DNA of 64,000 bases from an uncultured Actinomycetes bacterium (GTDB taxonomy: Bacteria; Actinomycetota; Thermoleophilia; Gaiellales; JAICJC01), in the NCBI GenBank assembly GCA_963708725.1, contig CAVPTL010000014.1, positions 74,497-138,496 of the forward strand, given 5' to 3'. Position 1 is the first letter of the stretch. Every line of letters begins with the position of its first letter. Below the pieces are notes generated by a model that was given only the letters and a program-made list of their open reading frames with translations, had not been told where the DNA came from and did not search any database. Positions 49,003 to 61,367 of the stretch are shown here, piece by piece. The translations under genes were made by a program, and so were the position numbers.

Positions 49003-50352
49003 TCAACGCGCGATCGCGAACCGATCGAGCCGCTCCACACCCATCACATCCACGCTCGCAAGCCGCACCCGGCGATCGACGAGAATCGACGAGAGCTCGT
49101 AGCGAAGGGGCGCGATCCGCGCATCGGCGAGCACCATCCGCTGAACTTCGTCGGGGTCTCCGAGCCGCCGGATGCCGGCTCCGGGCGCCGCCACGGCCAG
49201 CGCGCCGAGCATGCCCTCGGCAGACGGCGCCGCGGCACTGGAGTCGATCAGCCAGAGCGGTGCGCGGCGCGCGGCCGCCGCAGGCGAGTAGCGCGCCGGC
49301 GCGATTGGGAACGGACGTACCCGCAGTCCCGCGGCCGCGTATCCACCGAGGACGACCCCGGCGATCCGGCGGTGGAACGGATCATCGGGATAGGCCAGCC
49401 GCAGGTTCGAAGGTGGGCTCACGAGCAGAGACCTCGCGGCGGCCGGGTCGAACGGATACGGCGAGGCGGCGGGAAGATATTGCGGCAGGCCCTGAGGAAT
49501 CAGCCCGTCGGCGGCGATGCTCGAGCCCGGCGCGACGTCGGCCGCCGATGCCTCGGCGGGCGTGGCCAGCGCGACCGCATGCCTGACGCCGGCCGTGAGC
49601 TTGCCGATGCCGACGGCGACCAGCTCGAGTCGTGGCTGGGAGATCAGGCCGGCGGCCAGCCGCGGATCGGATTTCACGAGCGAGATCTGGCCCGGCGGAA
49701 CGCGGGCGAAATCGAGCCGGCCGGCCCGATAGTCGGCGAAGGCGTGGTTGAGGTCGTCGGGGGCGTACACATGCAGGTGGATCCGCTCGATCGACGGTGC
49801 CGGTCCCGGGAAGTCGGGATTTCGCACCAGATCGAGGCTCGATCGCCCGCGACTCGCGATTCTGTAGGAGCCGCCGCTGGGTAGCCACGCCACGGGTTGG
49901 GTGAGATAGGAGGCCCAGCCAGGATCGGGCGCCGCCAGGTGCACCACCACCACCCGGGGCGAAACCGCCGAGGCCGAAACCAGCCCGGGCAATGCTTCGG
50001 GGTGGGCTCGCACGACCGCCTTCCATCGTGCGACAAGATCGGCTGCAAGTCCACGGCGCAGCCGAAACGTGAACACCCGCGCAGCTCGGTCATGGCTCCA
50101 GCTGCGCGCAAGCATGCCGGTCACGTGCCCGGTCGCGGGGTCGAGCTGAACGGCTCCCACGCCCACCGCTTCTGCAAGCGTTGGATCATCCCGCCCATAC
50201 AGCGGAGCGTTGAGGGTTCCATGCGCCCCGCCGACCGACACCGGCTCGATCGGCGCGGCAGCCGACCGGCAACCCGTGATCGCAAGCGAGGCTGCGAGTC
50301 CGCAGAGCACCCACAGGCTGGTGCGCCCAGGTCTACTCCAGCGCGTCTGCAC
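49003..50352 (-). CDS. Second, divergent SBP family 5 lipoprotein
   Basis: Lipobox 'AITGC', 'LARSWS...FTFRLRRG', 'YPFDPAAARSLL'; SD GGAGG and GTG lie inside the atpG 3' end. Confidence 0.75.
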   Translation of the reverse strand: MQTRWSRPGRTSLWVLCGLAASLAITGCRSAAAPIEPVSVGGAHGTLNAPLYGRDDPTLAEAVGVGAVQLDPATGHVTGMLARSWSHDRAARVFTFRLRRGLAADLVARWKAVVRAHPEALPGLVSASAVSPRVVVVHLAAPDPGWASYLTQPVAWLPSGGSYRIASRGRSSLDLVRNPDFPGPAPSIERIHLHVYAPDDLNHAFADYRAGRLDFARVPPGQISLVKSDPRLAAGLISQPRLELVAVGIGKLTAGVRHAVALATPAEASAADVAPGSSIAADGLIPQGLPQYLPAASPYPFDPAAARSLLVSPPSNLRLAYPDDPFHRRIAGVVLGGYAAAGLRVRPFPIAPARYSPAAAARRAPLWLIDSSAAAPSAEGMLGALAVAAPGAGIRRLGDPDEVQRMVLADARIAPLRYELSSILVDRRVRLASVDVMGVERLDRFAIAR

Positions 50353-51208
50353 CGGCCACGACCTCCAGGATCTCCTGGGTGATCTCGGCCTGGCGGGCAC
50401 GGTTCATCTTGAGCGTCAGATCGTCGATCAGCTCGGCGGCGTTGTCGGAGGCATTGCGCATAGCGGTCATGCGCGCGCCATGCTCGGACGCGGTCGATTC
50501 GAGCAGCGCGCGGAAGATCGTCACCTCGAGGTATGCCGGCAAAAGCTCGGCGAGAATCTCGCGGCCGTCGGGCTCCTCGATGTAGGCACCCTGGATCTGC
50601 GCCACCGGTTCATCGCCGAGCACGTCTTCGGGCACCGGCAGCAGCTCCACCACGTCGAGCCGCTGCGAGAGTGCGGTGATGAAGTGGTGGTAGACCATCA
50701 CCACCTGGTCGATCTCACCCGCCACGAACTGGTCGGCCACGTCCTTGGCGATCTCCTGGGCGTTGGCGTAGGTGGGGCGATCGGTCAGCCCGATGTATTC
50801 CTGGTCGAGCGTCTGGCGGCGGAAACGCAGGGTCGAACCGCCGCGGCGGCCGATGCTGAACCAGCGCACCTCGCGGCCCTGCCCGCGCTGATCTCGTGCG
50901 ATTTCCAGCGAGCGCCGCACCACGTTGGCGTTGAACGCACCGGCCGAGCCACGATCGCCCGCGATGGCGATGATCGCGACGTTCGAGATCTGGTCGCGTT
51001 TGGCCAAGAGCGGCTGATCACCGACGCCGTACTTCTGTGCGATCTCCACCGTCAGCGACTGGAGCCGATCAGCATACGGACGCAGGGCGACGATTCGAGC
51101 CTGGGCGCGCCGCAGTCGCGACGCAGCGACAAGCTCCATCGCCTTGGTGATCTTCTGCGTGTTCTTGACCGAATGAATTCGGCGCTTGATGTCTTGCTGA
51201 GTTGCCAT
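50333..51208 (-). CDS. atpG: ATP synthase gamma subunit
   Basis: 'IKRRIHSVKNTQKITKAMELVAAS', 'SEHGARMTAM', 'RQAEITQEI'. Confidence 0.98.
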   Translation of the reverse strand: MATQQDIKRRIHSVKNTQKITKAMELVAASRLRRAQARIVALRPYADRLQSLTVEIAQKYGVGDQPLLAKRDQISNVAIIAIAGDRGSAGAFNANVVRRSLEIARDQRGQGREVRWFSIGRRGGSTLRFRRQTLDQEYIGLTDRPTYANAQEIAKDVADQFVAGEIDQVVMVYHHFITALSQRLDVVELLPVPEDVLGDEPVAQIQGAYIEEPDGREILAELLPAYLEVTIFRALLESTASEHGARMTAMRNASDNAAELIDDLTLKMNRARQAEITQEILEVVAGADALE

Positions 51209-51226
51209 CGCGTGAGGTACCGGCGC

Positions 51227-52746
<1,520 letters not shown>

Positions 52747-52750
<4 letters not shown>

Positions 52751-53313
52751 GCTTCACTCCCAACTGGAAGAGGGGTTTGCACAAGGGTGCGGCGCAGCTC
52801 TTGCAGGCGGCGCCGGATGGAGGCGTCCAGAAGGACGCCGCGGGCACGCAAGACCAGCCCGCCAATGATGTCGGGATCCACCGAAGCCTGGACGCGGGCG
52901 GTCTTGCCCACGGCGTCGGAGATCCGCTGCTGGAGTTCGGCCAGCTCGCTGTCGTTGAGGGCGATGGCGGTGGTCACCTCGATGTCGAGAATGTCCTCGT
53001 CCACCGCCGCGAGCTGGGAGTAGGCAACCTGGAGGTCGTGGAGCAGCTCCAGGCGGCGGTTGTCGACCAGGATCAACAGGCCGTTACGGGCGATGATCTC
53101 GGAGCCCTCCATCATCTTGGTGATGATGCGTTTCTTGGCCTCGGCCGGAAGCTCGGGATTGATCAGCGCCCGCAGCAGCGGCACATTGGACGCGAGCGCC
53201 TCGGTGAACTGCCGCAGGCTGGCATCGACTTCGGACACGCGGCCGCCGTCCATCGCCGCTCCGTGAAGGGCGCGGGCGTAGACATTCGCCGCCGGGTCGA
53301 TGCGCTCGGCCAT
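52747..53313 (-). CDS. atpH: ATP synthase delta subunit
   Basis: 'YARAL', 'VDPDIIGG', 'DASI'; operon position. Confidence 0.95.
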
Positions 53314-53855
53314 CAGTCTCCCGCTGCCTCGGGCGCGAACGACTCGAAGTCGACGTCTGAGAGCGCCGCATCGATCAGGCGTCGCTGCTCGGCCTCATCG
53401 AGCTTGCTGCGGACGATCTTCTCGGTCGCAGTCATGGTCAGCTCGGCGACCTGATCCTTGATCGTTGCCAGCGCGTGCCTGGTCTCGGCCGCGATCTCTT
53501 CACGAGCGCGGGCGAGCTGGCGCTCCTTGTCGGCCTCGATCGTGGCGAGCTCGGCGTGACGTTTGTCCTCCATCGCCTTGCGGGCGTCTTCGACGATCCG
53601 ACCGGCCTCCTTGCGGGCGTCCGCGAGCTGGGCGCGGTACTCGTCCAGCGCCTCCTGGGCCTCGGTGCGCGCGGTCTCGGCGGCGTCGAGGTCAGCCGCT
53701 ATCAGCTGGCGGCGTTGCTCGAGCATCTCCTGGATCGGTGTGTAGGCGTACTTTTTGAGCACGACCAGGACGACGATGAAGCACACCAGCGTCCACACCA
53801 TCAACCCGTAGTTGATGTTGATCAGGTTGGGCTTTGCGGCCTCGGCGAGGAGCAT
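53313..53855 (-). CDS. atpF: ATP synthase b subunit
   Basis: N-terminal TM helix followed by a coiled coil; operon position. Confidence 0.95.
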   Translation of the reverse strand: MLLAEAAKPNLININYGLMVWTLVCFIVVLVVLKKYAYTPIQEMLEQRRQLIAADLDAAETARTEAQEALDEYRAQLADARKEAGRIVEDARKAMEDKRHAELATIEADKERQLARAREEIAAETRHALATIKDQVAELTMTATEKIVRSKLDEAEQRRLIDAALSDVDFESFAPEAAGD

Positions 53856-53865
53856 GCAATCAGTC

Positions 53866-54108
53866 CTAGGAGATGATCGAGTATGCGACGAAGGACATAC
53901 CGAGGGCGTAGAACACGATCGCCTCGGTGAGTGCGAAGCCGAGCCACATCATGCCCTGAAGCTGGCCGCGCATCTCGGGCTGGCGGCCGACGGCCTCGAT
54001 CGTCTTGCCGAAGATGAACCCGACCCCGATACCGGGGCCGATCGCGCCGATGGCCGTCGCCAGGCCGAGCTCGATCGCTTTTGCTGCTTGGACGGTATCC
54101 GATGCCAT
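53866..54108 (-). CDS. atpE: ATP synthase c subunit
   Basis: 'GPGIGVG', 'RQPE', 'FALTEA'. Confidence 0.97.
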   Translation of the reverse strand: MASDTVQAAKAIELGLATAIGAIGPGIGVGFIFGKTIEAVGRQPEMRGQLQGMMWLGFALTEAIVFYALGMSFVAYSIIS

Positions 54109-54120
54109 TTCCCGTGACTC

Positions 54121-54996
54121 CTAGTGGTCGGGGTGGATTGCTCCACCGATGTAGATCGCAGAGAGAGAAGCGAAGATGAATGCCTGAAGGACGGCGATCA
54201 ACGTGGCCTCGAGGGCGTACAGCGCGACCCCCATGCCCAGGCCGATCGGCTGGATGAAGTAGAAACTCACGCCGCCGAGCAGCGCGCCGATGCTCAGGAA
54301 CACGGCGATCACGAGGTGACCGGCCAGCAGGTTGAAGAACAACCGGAAGCTGAGCGAAACCAGCCGCACGAGCTGCGACAGCACTTCGATGAACGCGATC
54401 AGCCCGATCAGAAGACCGATGGGCACGGCGTTCTTCCAGCTCGTGATCTTCGGCATTCCCGACGGCATCCAGCTCTTGAAGTAGCCGACGACGCCGTTGT
54501 ACCGGATGCCCTCGATATGCGTGGCGAAAAACGTGACCAGCGTCAGCGTGAACGCCACCGAGAAGTTCGCGGTCGCGGCGTAGATCTGGAGCTTCGGCAC
54601 GGTCAGCGACGTGCCCGGGATATACACGCGGTCATCGCCGAACGGCAGCGGAATGAACCCGATCACGTTGTTCATCCAGATGAACACAAACAGCGTCGCG
54701 ATGTAGGGAAACCAGAGCTTGAGCGCCTCTTCGGGCAGGCCGGCGCGCGCGATCTGGTTGAGGCAGACGTCGTAGATCGCCTCGATCGCGGTCTGCGGCT
54801 TGTCGGGGCGGTTCTTCAGCCCCTTCCGGGTAACCAGCAGCACCAGGATGATCGAAAGCGCCGAGGCCATCCACAGGTAGATCACGGCCTTGTTGATATC
54901 GAGCTGGCCCGGGAGGTCGATGTACGGGTTCTTGATGAACTGCGTGAACTCGTCGACCGGGTTGAAGTCGCTGGCTGCCAGGATCACGTTCAGCAT
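54121..54996 (-). CDS. atpB: ATP synthase a subunit
   Basis: 'N.IGFIP', 'ATAN', 'SLSFRLFFN..AGH', 'LQAFIF'. Confidence 0.96.
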   Translation of the reverse strand: MLNVILAASDFNPVDEFTQFIKNPYIDLPGQLDINKAVIYLWMASALSIILVLLVTRKGLKNRPDKPQTAIEAIYDVCLNQIARAGLPEEALKLWFPYIATLFVFIWMNNVIGFIPLPFGDDRVYIPGTSLTVPKLQIYAATANFSVAFTLTLVTFFATHIEGIRYNGVVGYFKSWMPSGMPKITSWKNAVPIGLLIGLIAFIEVLSQLVRLVSLSFRLFFNLLAGHLVIAVFLSIGALLGGVSFYFIQPIGLGMGVALYALEATLIAVLQAFIFASLSAIYIGGAIHPDH

Positions 54997-55379
54997 CAGA
55001 GCGAATCTCCCACGCCGCGCCGGTGAGTCGCGATCCGGGTGGCGATGTCGACGCTGAGCAGCAGCAACAGCAGAAGCACCGAGCTGATCGCCATCTCGCG
55101 GTTGTCCCTGGTGATCAGAAACAGCGCGAGCATCCCCACCCACGGTCGCGCCAGCATGCTGGCGCCCATCATGGCGACACCTTTGAGGCCGTCGGCCTGG
55201 GCCGCGCGCCGCTCGACAACGATGTTGACATAGCGGTTCAGCGCCCAGAACAAGGTCGCCCAGAACCACCCTTCAGCCGGCCAACCGGCCAGCAGGAACA
55301 CCGGCAACGCGAGCAGCGCGAGCAGCGCATCAATGTTGTGCGCGAGCAGGCGTGAAGCTGTCGGTTGAGTCGATGTCAC
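54996..55379 (-). CDS. AtpI-like membrane protein
   Basis: Four hydrophobic segments, directly upstream of atpB. Confidence 0.7.
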   Translation of the reverse strand: MTSTQPTASRLLAHNIDALLALLALPVFLLAGWPAEGWFWATLFWALNRYVNIVVERRAAQADGLKGVAMMGASMLARPWVGMLALFLITRDNREMAISSVLLLLLLLSVDIATRIATHRRGVGDSL

Positions 55380-55567
55380 AGATCCCTATACCGGCGGTAG
55401 ACGAGGTAGAAACTCACAGGGATTCCGATCATGGCGCCAGCGGCGCCGCCCGCGATCGGATATCCGATCGCCCATCCAACCACAAGGCCAGCCCCGGCGA
55501 AGACTACCAGGGCAGAGAGCAGAAAAATCCCCGCCGTCGCACCAGATGCGACCGGCTTTCCTGCCAC
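55376..55567 (-). CDS. AtpZ/AtpI-family small membrane protein
   Basis: Two Gly-rich TM helices; first gene of the atp operon. Confidence 0.7.
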   Translation of the reverse strand: MAGKPVASGATAGIFLLSALVVFAGAGLVVGWAIGYPIAGGAAGAMIGIPVSFYLVYRRYRDL

Positions 55568-55608
55568 GTCAACACGTCCTTTGGACGAGCACTAGGTAAC
55601 CGTCGCGA

Positions 55609-55656
55609 AGTATGCCAGAACGGAGAGCTTGTGACAACCGGGAGAGTCTGTCACAA
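55609..55656 (-). promoter_or_regulatory. Putative atp promoter (TTGTCA-N17-CATACT) overlapped by the inverted repeat TTGTGACA-N12-TGTCACAA
   Basis: Read directly; repeat arms at 55629-55636 and 55649-55656. Confidence 0.55.
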
Positions 55657-55700
55657 TCGCCGCAATCTCGCATCCCTGGCCGAATTCTGATGGTCGACGG

Positions 55701-56825
55701 TCACGCCGCCGGGCGTCTTTGTGTCACATCGTCAGACACCCCGCGAAAGAGGCCCACAGCCTGCAAATGGCGAAGTTTCAGGATTTCGAGCGTATAGATC
55801 ACATACAGGGAGGTCGCCAGCGCGAGCAGCCCCAGACTCCCCAGCACCACCACCGAAGTGGTGTCCCAACCCGTCCGGTGGCTGGGAACGAATCGCACCG
55901 CCAGCGCAAACGCCGACAGCACCAGGCACCAAGCGTACAGCGTCAGAGCGGTGCGGCGCTGACCGAAGCCGATCGATGCAAACCGATGGTGAAAATGCGA
56001 TCTGTCCGCCTGGTAGATCGGCTGGCCGTACTTCATCCGCTTGAGAATCACGAACGAGGTGTCCAGGATCGGGAGAGCGAGGATCACGAGCGGGAACACC
56101 AGCGACACGGCGGCCGCGGTCTTGAGCACGCCCTGGATCGCAATCGTGGCCAGCAGATAGCCCAGCATCAATGCGCCACAGTCGCCCATGATGATGCTGG
56201 CGGGATGGAAGTTGTACCGCAGGAACCCCAGCGACGCACCCGCCACGATCGCACTGACCGCAGCCGCGTCGGGATGCGAGAGCGACGCCGACAAGATCGC
56301 GAACGTGAGCGCGGCGATCGCGCAGAACCCCGCCGCCAGCCCGTCCATGCCATCGATGAAGTTGACGATGTTTGCGATCGCGACGACCCACAGCACGGTC
56401 ACGAGCACCGACCACCAGCCGAGATTGAACACGCCCACGAACGGCAGGGTGACGTGATCGATGCGGATCCCGAACGACACCGGCACCGCCGCGATCGCCA
56501 CCAGGCCGGCCATCTTGACGCCGGGGTGAAGCGCGTGGATATCGTCGAGCAGCCCCAGGCCCAGCATCAGCGTCGCGCCCAGCATGATCCCCCAGAAACC
56601 ATGGTGGTGGCCCAGAGCCAGCGCCGGGATCACGATGCCGGCGTAGATGGCGACACCCCCCAGCCGCGGCACCGGCTTGAGGTGCAGACGGCGGGCGTCG
56701 TTGGGCACGTCCAGCACTCCGAAATGCCATGCCGCCAGCGACACCGCCGGCGTGATCAACACCACCAGGAGCAACGCGACGACGAAGCCGACGCCGGCTG
56801 CCTGATAATCGACGAGTCCGTCCAT
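55701..56825 (-). CDS. MraY/WecA/TagO-family undecaprenyl-phosphate GlcNAc-1-P transferase
   Basis: 'VPRLGG', 'GLLDD', 'NFIDGMDGLA', 'NFHPASIIMGD', 'DRSHFHH'. Confidence 0.93.
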   Translation of the reverse strand: MDGLVDYQAAGVGFVVALLLVVLITPAVSLAAWHFGVLDVPNDARRLHLKPVPRLGGVAIYAGIVIPALALGHHHGFWGIMLGATLMLGLGLLDDIHALHPGVKMAGLVAIAAVPVSFGIRIDHVTLPFVGVFNLGWWSVLVTVLWVVAIANIVNFIDGMDGLAAGFCAIAALTFAILSASLSHPDAAAVSAIVAGASLGFLRYNFHPASIIMGDCGALMLGYLLATIAIQGVLKTAAAVSLVFPLVILALPILDTSFVILKRMKYGQPIYQADRSHFHHRFASIGFGQRRTALTLYAWCLVLSAFALAVRFVPSHRTGWDTTSVVVLGSLGLLALATSLYVIYTLEILKLRHLQAVGLFRGVSDDVTQRRPAA

Positions 56826-56865
56826 CGCTCCAAGCGTATCGCCCCCGCCCGACTGACCCCGATGG

Positions 56866-57492
56866 TCAGCGCGTTCCGAACAGGCGGTCGCCCGCGTCGC
56901 CAAGGCCCGGGAGGATGTACCCGTCGCCGTTCAGGCCCGAGTCGACGGCCACGGTGTAGACCGTCACATCGGGGAGCGCAGCGGCCACCCTGGCCACCCC
57001 CTCGGGCGAGGCGACGATCGAGAGCAGGCTCATCCGCCGGGCTCCCTGACGGGCGCATTCCGTGAGTGCGGCCACCGCCGAGCCCCCGGTGGCGAGCATG
57101 GGATCAAGCATCAGCACGTCGCGCTCACCCAGGTCGCCCGGCAGCTTGCTGTAGTACTCGACCGGCTCGAGCGTCTGCTCGTCGCGGTACAGACCAACGA
57201 ATCCCACCCGCGCCACCGGGATCAGGTCGATCACCGTATCGAGCATGCCGAGCCCGGCGCGCAGCACCGCGACCACCGCGACCTTCTTCCCCGAGATCCG
57301 CGCCACGTCGGTCGTCTGGAGCGGAGTCTCGACGGTCGAGCTCTCGAGCTCGAGGTCGCGGGTCGCCTCGTAGGCCAGAAACGCCGACAGCTCGCCCATC
57401 AGCTGGCGAAAGTCGCGGGTGGTGGTCGTACGGTCGCGCAGCAGTCCGAGCTTGTGCAACGCCAACGGGTGATCGACGATGACCAGCGGCAC
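56866..57492 (-). CDS. upp: Uracil phosphoribosyltransferase
   Basis: 'LRAGLGM', 'DPMLATGGS', 'YILPGLGDAGDR'. Confidence 0.98.
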   Translation of the reverse strand: MPLVIVDHPLALHKLGLLRDRTTTTRDFRQLMGELSAFLAYEATRDLELESSTVETPLQTTDVARISGKKVAVVAVLRAGLGMLDTVIDLIPVARVGFVGLYRDEQTLEPVEYYSKLPGDLGERDVLMLDPMLATGGSAVAALTECARQGARRMSLLSIVASPEGVARVAAALPDVTVYTVAVDSGLNGDGYILPGLGDAGDRLFGTR

Positions 57493-57498
57493 GGCGGA

Positions 57499-58794
57499 CT
57501 AGTGGAACAGCTCGGGGTACCCGTGCATGAATGCCGGATACAGCGGCCGCGCGGCAAGCAGCTCCAGCGTCCGGGCGCGCAGGCGCGCCAGATCGGCGGC
57601 CGGGTCGAGCGTCTCGAGCATGATCGCGCCGACCTCCCCCATGTCGTCCTCGGTCAAACCCCGCATCGTGACCGCGGGCGTGCCGATCCGCACTCCGGAG
57701 GCGATCGTGGGCGGACGCTCGTCGAACGGGACGGTGTTTCGGTTGACGGTGATCGCCACCTCGTGGAGCCGTTCCTCGGCGTCCTTGCCCGACCACTGGG
57801 TGCGGCGCAGGTCGAGCTGCAGCAGATGCACGTCGGTACCGCCGGTCAAAAGGTCGAGTCCGCCGTCCATCAGGGTCGTGGCCAACGCCTTGGCATTGGC
57901 CACGATCTGCCGCTGGTAGGCCTTGAAGGCGTCTGACGAAGCCAGCTTGAAGCACACGGCCTTGGCGGCGACGACATGGCACAGGGGTCCGCCCTGAAGG
58001 CCGGGGAAGACCGCCTTGTCGACTGCCTGAGCGTGCTCCTGGCGGCACAGGATCATGCCCGAGCGCGGACCGGCGAGCGTCTTGTGGGTGGTCGAGGTGA
58101 CCACGTCGGCGTGCTCCACCGGGTTGGGGTGAAGGCCGGCGGCGACCAGCCCGGCGAAGTGGGCCATGTCCACCATCAGAAGCGCGCCCACCTCGTCGGC
58201 GATCTCGCGGAACACGGCCGCGTCGATCACCCGCGGATACGCCGATGCGCCCGCGATGATCAGCTTGGGGCGGTGCTCCTTGGCCAGCTTTCGCACCTCG
58301 TCGAAGTCGATCCGCGAGTCCTCGCGGCGCACACCGTAGGAATGGATGTCATACAGCCGTCCCGAGAAGTTGACCTTGAGGCCGTGGGTGAGATGGCCGC
58401 CGTGGTCGAGCCGCAAGCCCAGCACGGCGTCGCCCGGATTCGCCAGGGCGAAGTAGGCGGCCTGGTTGGCCGGCCCGCCGGCGTGCGGTTGGACGTTTGC
58501 ATGGTCAGCGCCGAACAGCTCTTTGGCACGATCGATCGCAAGCTGCTCCACCTCGTCGATCCACTCACATCCGCCGTAGTAGCGCTTGCCCGGATAGCCC
58601 TCGGCGTACTTGTTCGTGAGCACTGACCCAACCGCCTCGAGCACCGCCGGCCAGGTGAAGTTCTCCGACGCGATCAGCTCGAGCTGAGTGCGCTGGCGCC
58701 CCAGCTCGCGATCGATCAATCCGGCGATCACCGGGTCGGTCTCGGCCAGGCCCGAGACCTGGAACGACGTCAACATCTGCTCTGTTGTGGCCAC
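57499..58794 (-). CDS. glyA: Serine hydroxymethyltransferase
   Basis: 'LIASENF', '[15 protein letters not shown]', 'GGHLTHG', 'TTHKTL'. Confidence 0.98.
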   Translation of the reverse strand: MATTEQMLTSFQVSGLAETDPVIAGLIDRELGRQRTQLELIASENFTWPAVLEAVGSVLTNKYAEGYPGKRYYGGCEWIDEVEQLAIDRAKELFGADHANVQPHAGGPANQAAYFALANPGDAVLGLRLDHGGHLTHGLKVNFSGRLYDIHSYGVRREDSRIDFDEVRKLAKEHRPKLIIAGASAYPRVIDAAVFREIADEVGALLMVDMAHFAGLVAAGLHPNPVEHADVVTSTTHKTLAGPRSGMILCRQEHAQAVDKAVFPGLQGGPLCHVVAAKAVCFKLASSDAFKAYQRQIVANAKALATTLMDGGLDLLTGGTDVHLLQLDLRRTQWSGKDAEERLHEVAITVNRNTVPFDERPPTIASGVRIGTPAVTMRGLTEDDMGEVGAIMLETLDPAADLARLRARTLELLAARPLYPAFMHGYPELFH

Positions 58795-58833
58795 AGCCCC
58801 TGCCTCCTGAGATTGCGATCCGGCGACCCGACT

Positions 58834-59421
58834 CTAACGCAAGGCGGCCAGCACCGAGTCACGCCCAGGGCCGTCGCGCAGCACCACCGGCTGCGGGCCG
58901 GTGACATCGATCACCGATGACGACGTCCCGGGCAGCCGCCCGCCGTCGATCGCGACAGAGGTCGCGTCGATCAGCTCGCGGGGCACATCGGCGAAGGTCG
59001 CCGGCGCAGGCTGCCCGCGCAGGTTGGCGCTGGTGATCACGAGGCCGCCGACGGCATCGGCCAGGGCGGCCACATCGTCGGTCAGGTCGGGAACCCGCAC
59101 TCCGATGCGGGTGGCGTCCTCGCCGCACGCATAGGCGAACCGGCTTGCCGGATTCGGGATAACCAGCGTCACCGGCCCGGGGAGCACCGCGGTCAGAAGC
59201 CGGGTGATCGACCTGTCGGTCTGGGGCAGAAGAGCATCGAGCGCTGCGACCGACCCCAGCATGATCGCGGTCGCCTGTGATGCGGGCCGGAGCTTGAGCC
59301 GGTAAAGGTGCGCGACAGCCTCGGGCAGACCCGCGGCGCAGGCGATGCCATACACGGTGTCGGTCGGAAGGATCGCGAGCTCTCCGGCCAGCATTCGAGC
59401 CACCCGCTCCTCGGCGGTCAT
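58834..59421 (-). CDS. tsaC: L-threonylcarbamoyladenylate synthase (Sua5/TsaC)
   Basis: 'PTDTVYG', 'K.RP', 'PGPVT', 'TSAN'. Confidence 0.9.
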   Translation of the reverse strand: MTAEERVARMLAGELAILPTDTVYGIACAAGLPEAVAHLYRLKLRPASQATAIMLGSVAALDALLPQTDRSITRLLTAVLPGPVTLVIPNPASRFAYACGEDATRIGVRVPDLTDDVAALADAVGGLVITSANLRGQPAPATFADVPRELIDATSVAIDGGRLPGTSSSVIDVTGPQPVVLRDGPGRDSVLAALR

Positions 59422-60260
59422 ACCCGGCGCCCGATCACGAACCGCTCGACATCGGCGAAATCCCGCCGTACCCCGATATCGTCGAAGCCGGCCGCGGCCA
59501 GCGCCTCGGCGACGGCCGGGGTCTGGCCACGTCCGCACTCCAACGCGAGCCATCCACCCGCGACGATCGACCCCGGAGCCGTCTCGGCGAGCCGGCGCAG
59601 AAGCTCCAGCCCCTCTCGACCCGGACTGGTGGCGAGCCGCGGTTCCCAGATTTGCACCTCGGGTTCGAGAGTTTCGAGCTCCGCCGCGGGGATGTACGGC
59701 GGATTCGAGACGATCAGATCGAACCGGCGGTGCGCGACCGCGGTCACAAGGTCGGACCGCACCCACTCCACATCCAACCCCAGCTCGGTGCCGTTGGTGC
59801 GAGCGAGATCGAGCGCGGCCTCGGAGATGTCGCAGGCCGTGACTCGCGCCCCGGGAAGCTCCTTGGCAAGCGCCAGAGCGATCGCCCCCGAGCCGGTGCC
59901 GACGTCCAGCACCGCCGGCTTGGCCACCGCCTCGAGCAGATCGAGGCACAGGCCGACCAGCTCCTCGGTCTCGGGGCGTGGGATCAACACCCGGCGGTCG
60001 ACCGCGAGATCGAGCGAGCGAAAGCCCCAGCGGCCAAGGATGTAGGCGACCGGCTCACGCGCCGCTCGCCGCGCCACCAGCCCGTCGACCGCGACCAGCT
60101 CGGTTGCAGTCAACTCCCGGTCATGGTGGGTGTAGAGCTCGCTGCGGGTGAGCCCGAGCGCGTGCCCGGTGAGCAGCTCGGCATCCAGCCGCGCGCTGGG
60201 GCTGCCGGCGGCCTCGAGCGTGACGGTCGCGCTCGCCAGGACATCACCGACCCGGGTCAT
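59418..60260 (-). CDS. prmC: Release factor glutamine methyltransferase
   Basis: 'EPVAYI.G', 'VLIPRPETE', 'DVGTGSG', 'SNPPY'. Confidence 0.96.
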   Translation of the reverse strand: MTRVGDVLASATVTLEAAGSPSARLDAELLTGHALGLTRSELYTHHDRELTATELVAVDGLVARRAAREPVAYILGRWGFRSLDLAVDRRVLIPRPETEELVGLCLDLLEAVAKPAVLDVGTGSGAIALALAKELPGARVTACDISEAALDLARTNGTELGLDVEWVRSDLVTAVAHRRFDLIVSNPPYIPAAELETLEPEVQIWEPRLATSPGREGLELLRRLAETAPGSIVAGGWLALECGRGQTPAVAEALAAAGFDDIGVRRDFADVERFVIGRRV

Positions 60261-61330
60261 CCGCCGGCGGCCGCGGCCAGCTTCCGTCGCTTCTCGTCGG
60301 CCTGAAGCGCCTCGGTGAACTCGGTCAGGTCGCCCGCGAGCACTCGGTCGAGATTGTGCGTCGTAAGGCCGATGCGATGGTCGGTGACCCGGTTTTGGGG
60401 AAAGTTGTAGGTACGGATCTTCTCGGATCGCTCACCCGTGCCGATCTGCGACGAACGAGCCTCGGCCTCCTCGCGAGCGCGACGCTCGCGCTCCTGCTCG
60501 TACAGCCGGGCCATCAGGATCTTCATCGCCCGCTCCTTGTTCTGGAGCTGGGAGCGCTCGTCCTGACAGGTGACCACGGTGTTCGTCGGCAGGTGTGTGA
60601 TCCGCACCGCCGAGTCGGTGGTGTTCACCGACTGGCCGCCGTGCCCGCCGGCCCGGTAGACGTCGATCCGTAGATCGTTTTGATCGACCTTGATATCGAC
60701 GTCGCCCTCGGGCTCGGGAAGCACCGCGACCGTCGCTGTCGAGGTGTGGATGCGGCCCTGTGACTCGGTCTGTGGGACACGCTGCACTCGATGGACACCG
60801 CTTTCGAATTTGAATATCGAATATGCGCCATCGCCGCGGATCTCGAACACGAGCTCCTTGAACCCGCCCGCGTCACCGCCCGAGGTCGTCACCACGTCGA
60901 CCTTGAAACCTCGCTGGTCGGCGTAGCGCGTGAGCATCTGGTGGAGATCGCCCGCAAAGATCGCCGCCTCGTCACCGCCGGTACCGGCCCGCAGCTCGAC
61001 CAGCACGTTGTGGTCATCGGCGGGGTCGCGCTCGAGCATCTCGAGCCGCAGCTGCTCCTCCAGTCCCGGGAGCTCTGAGCGGGCCTCCTCGAGCTGCTCC
61101 TGAGCGAACGCCCGCATCTCCTCGTCACCGTCGGAGCCGATCTCGGCGGCATCGGCCAGCTGACGTTGCAGCTCACGCCATCGCTGCGCCATCTGGTGGG
61201 CGGCGCTCAACCGCTTGTGCTCACGCGCGATCGCGGCGTACCGCTGCTGATCTGCGATCGCGTCGGGATCGCCAAGCTGGCGTTCCAGCTCGGCGAATCT
61301 CCGTTCAATTTCGGCTACCAGGGCTTCCAT
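60257..61330 (-). CDS. prfA: Peptide chain release factor 1
   Basis: PxT 'VPQTE', 'GGQSVN', '[14 protein letters not shown]'. Confidence 0.98.
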   Translation of the reverse strand: MEALVAEIERRFAELERQLGDPDAIADQQRYAAIAREHKRLSAAHQMAQRWRELQRQLADAAEIGSDGDEEMRAFAQEQLEEARSELPGLEEQLRLEMLERDPADDHNVLVELRAGTGGDEAAIFAGDLHQMLTRYADQRGFKVDVVTTSGGDAGGFKELVFEIRGDGAYSIFKFESGVHRVQRVPQTESQGRIHTSTATVAVLPEPEGDVDIKVDQNDLRIDVYRAGGHGGQSVNTTDSAVRITHLPTNTVVTCQDERSQLQNKERAMKILMARLYEQERERRAREEAEARSSQIGTGERSEKIRTYNFPQNRVTDHRIGLTTHNLDRVLAGDLTEFTEALQADEKRRKLAAAAGG

Positions 61331-61367
61331 GGCGCCCTGGATCGTACTCAGTCGGCGGTCGGAGTCC

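Noticed and set aside
53866-54108. Na+-translocating ATP synthase
   Set aside because: The c subunit has E-A rather than the E-S/T plus Gln Na+ signature, consistent with H+ coupling
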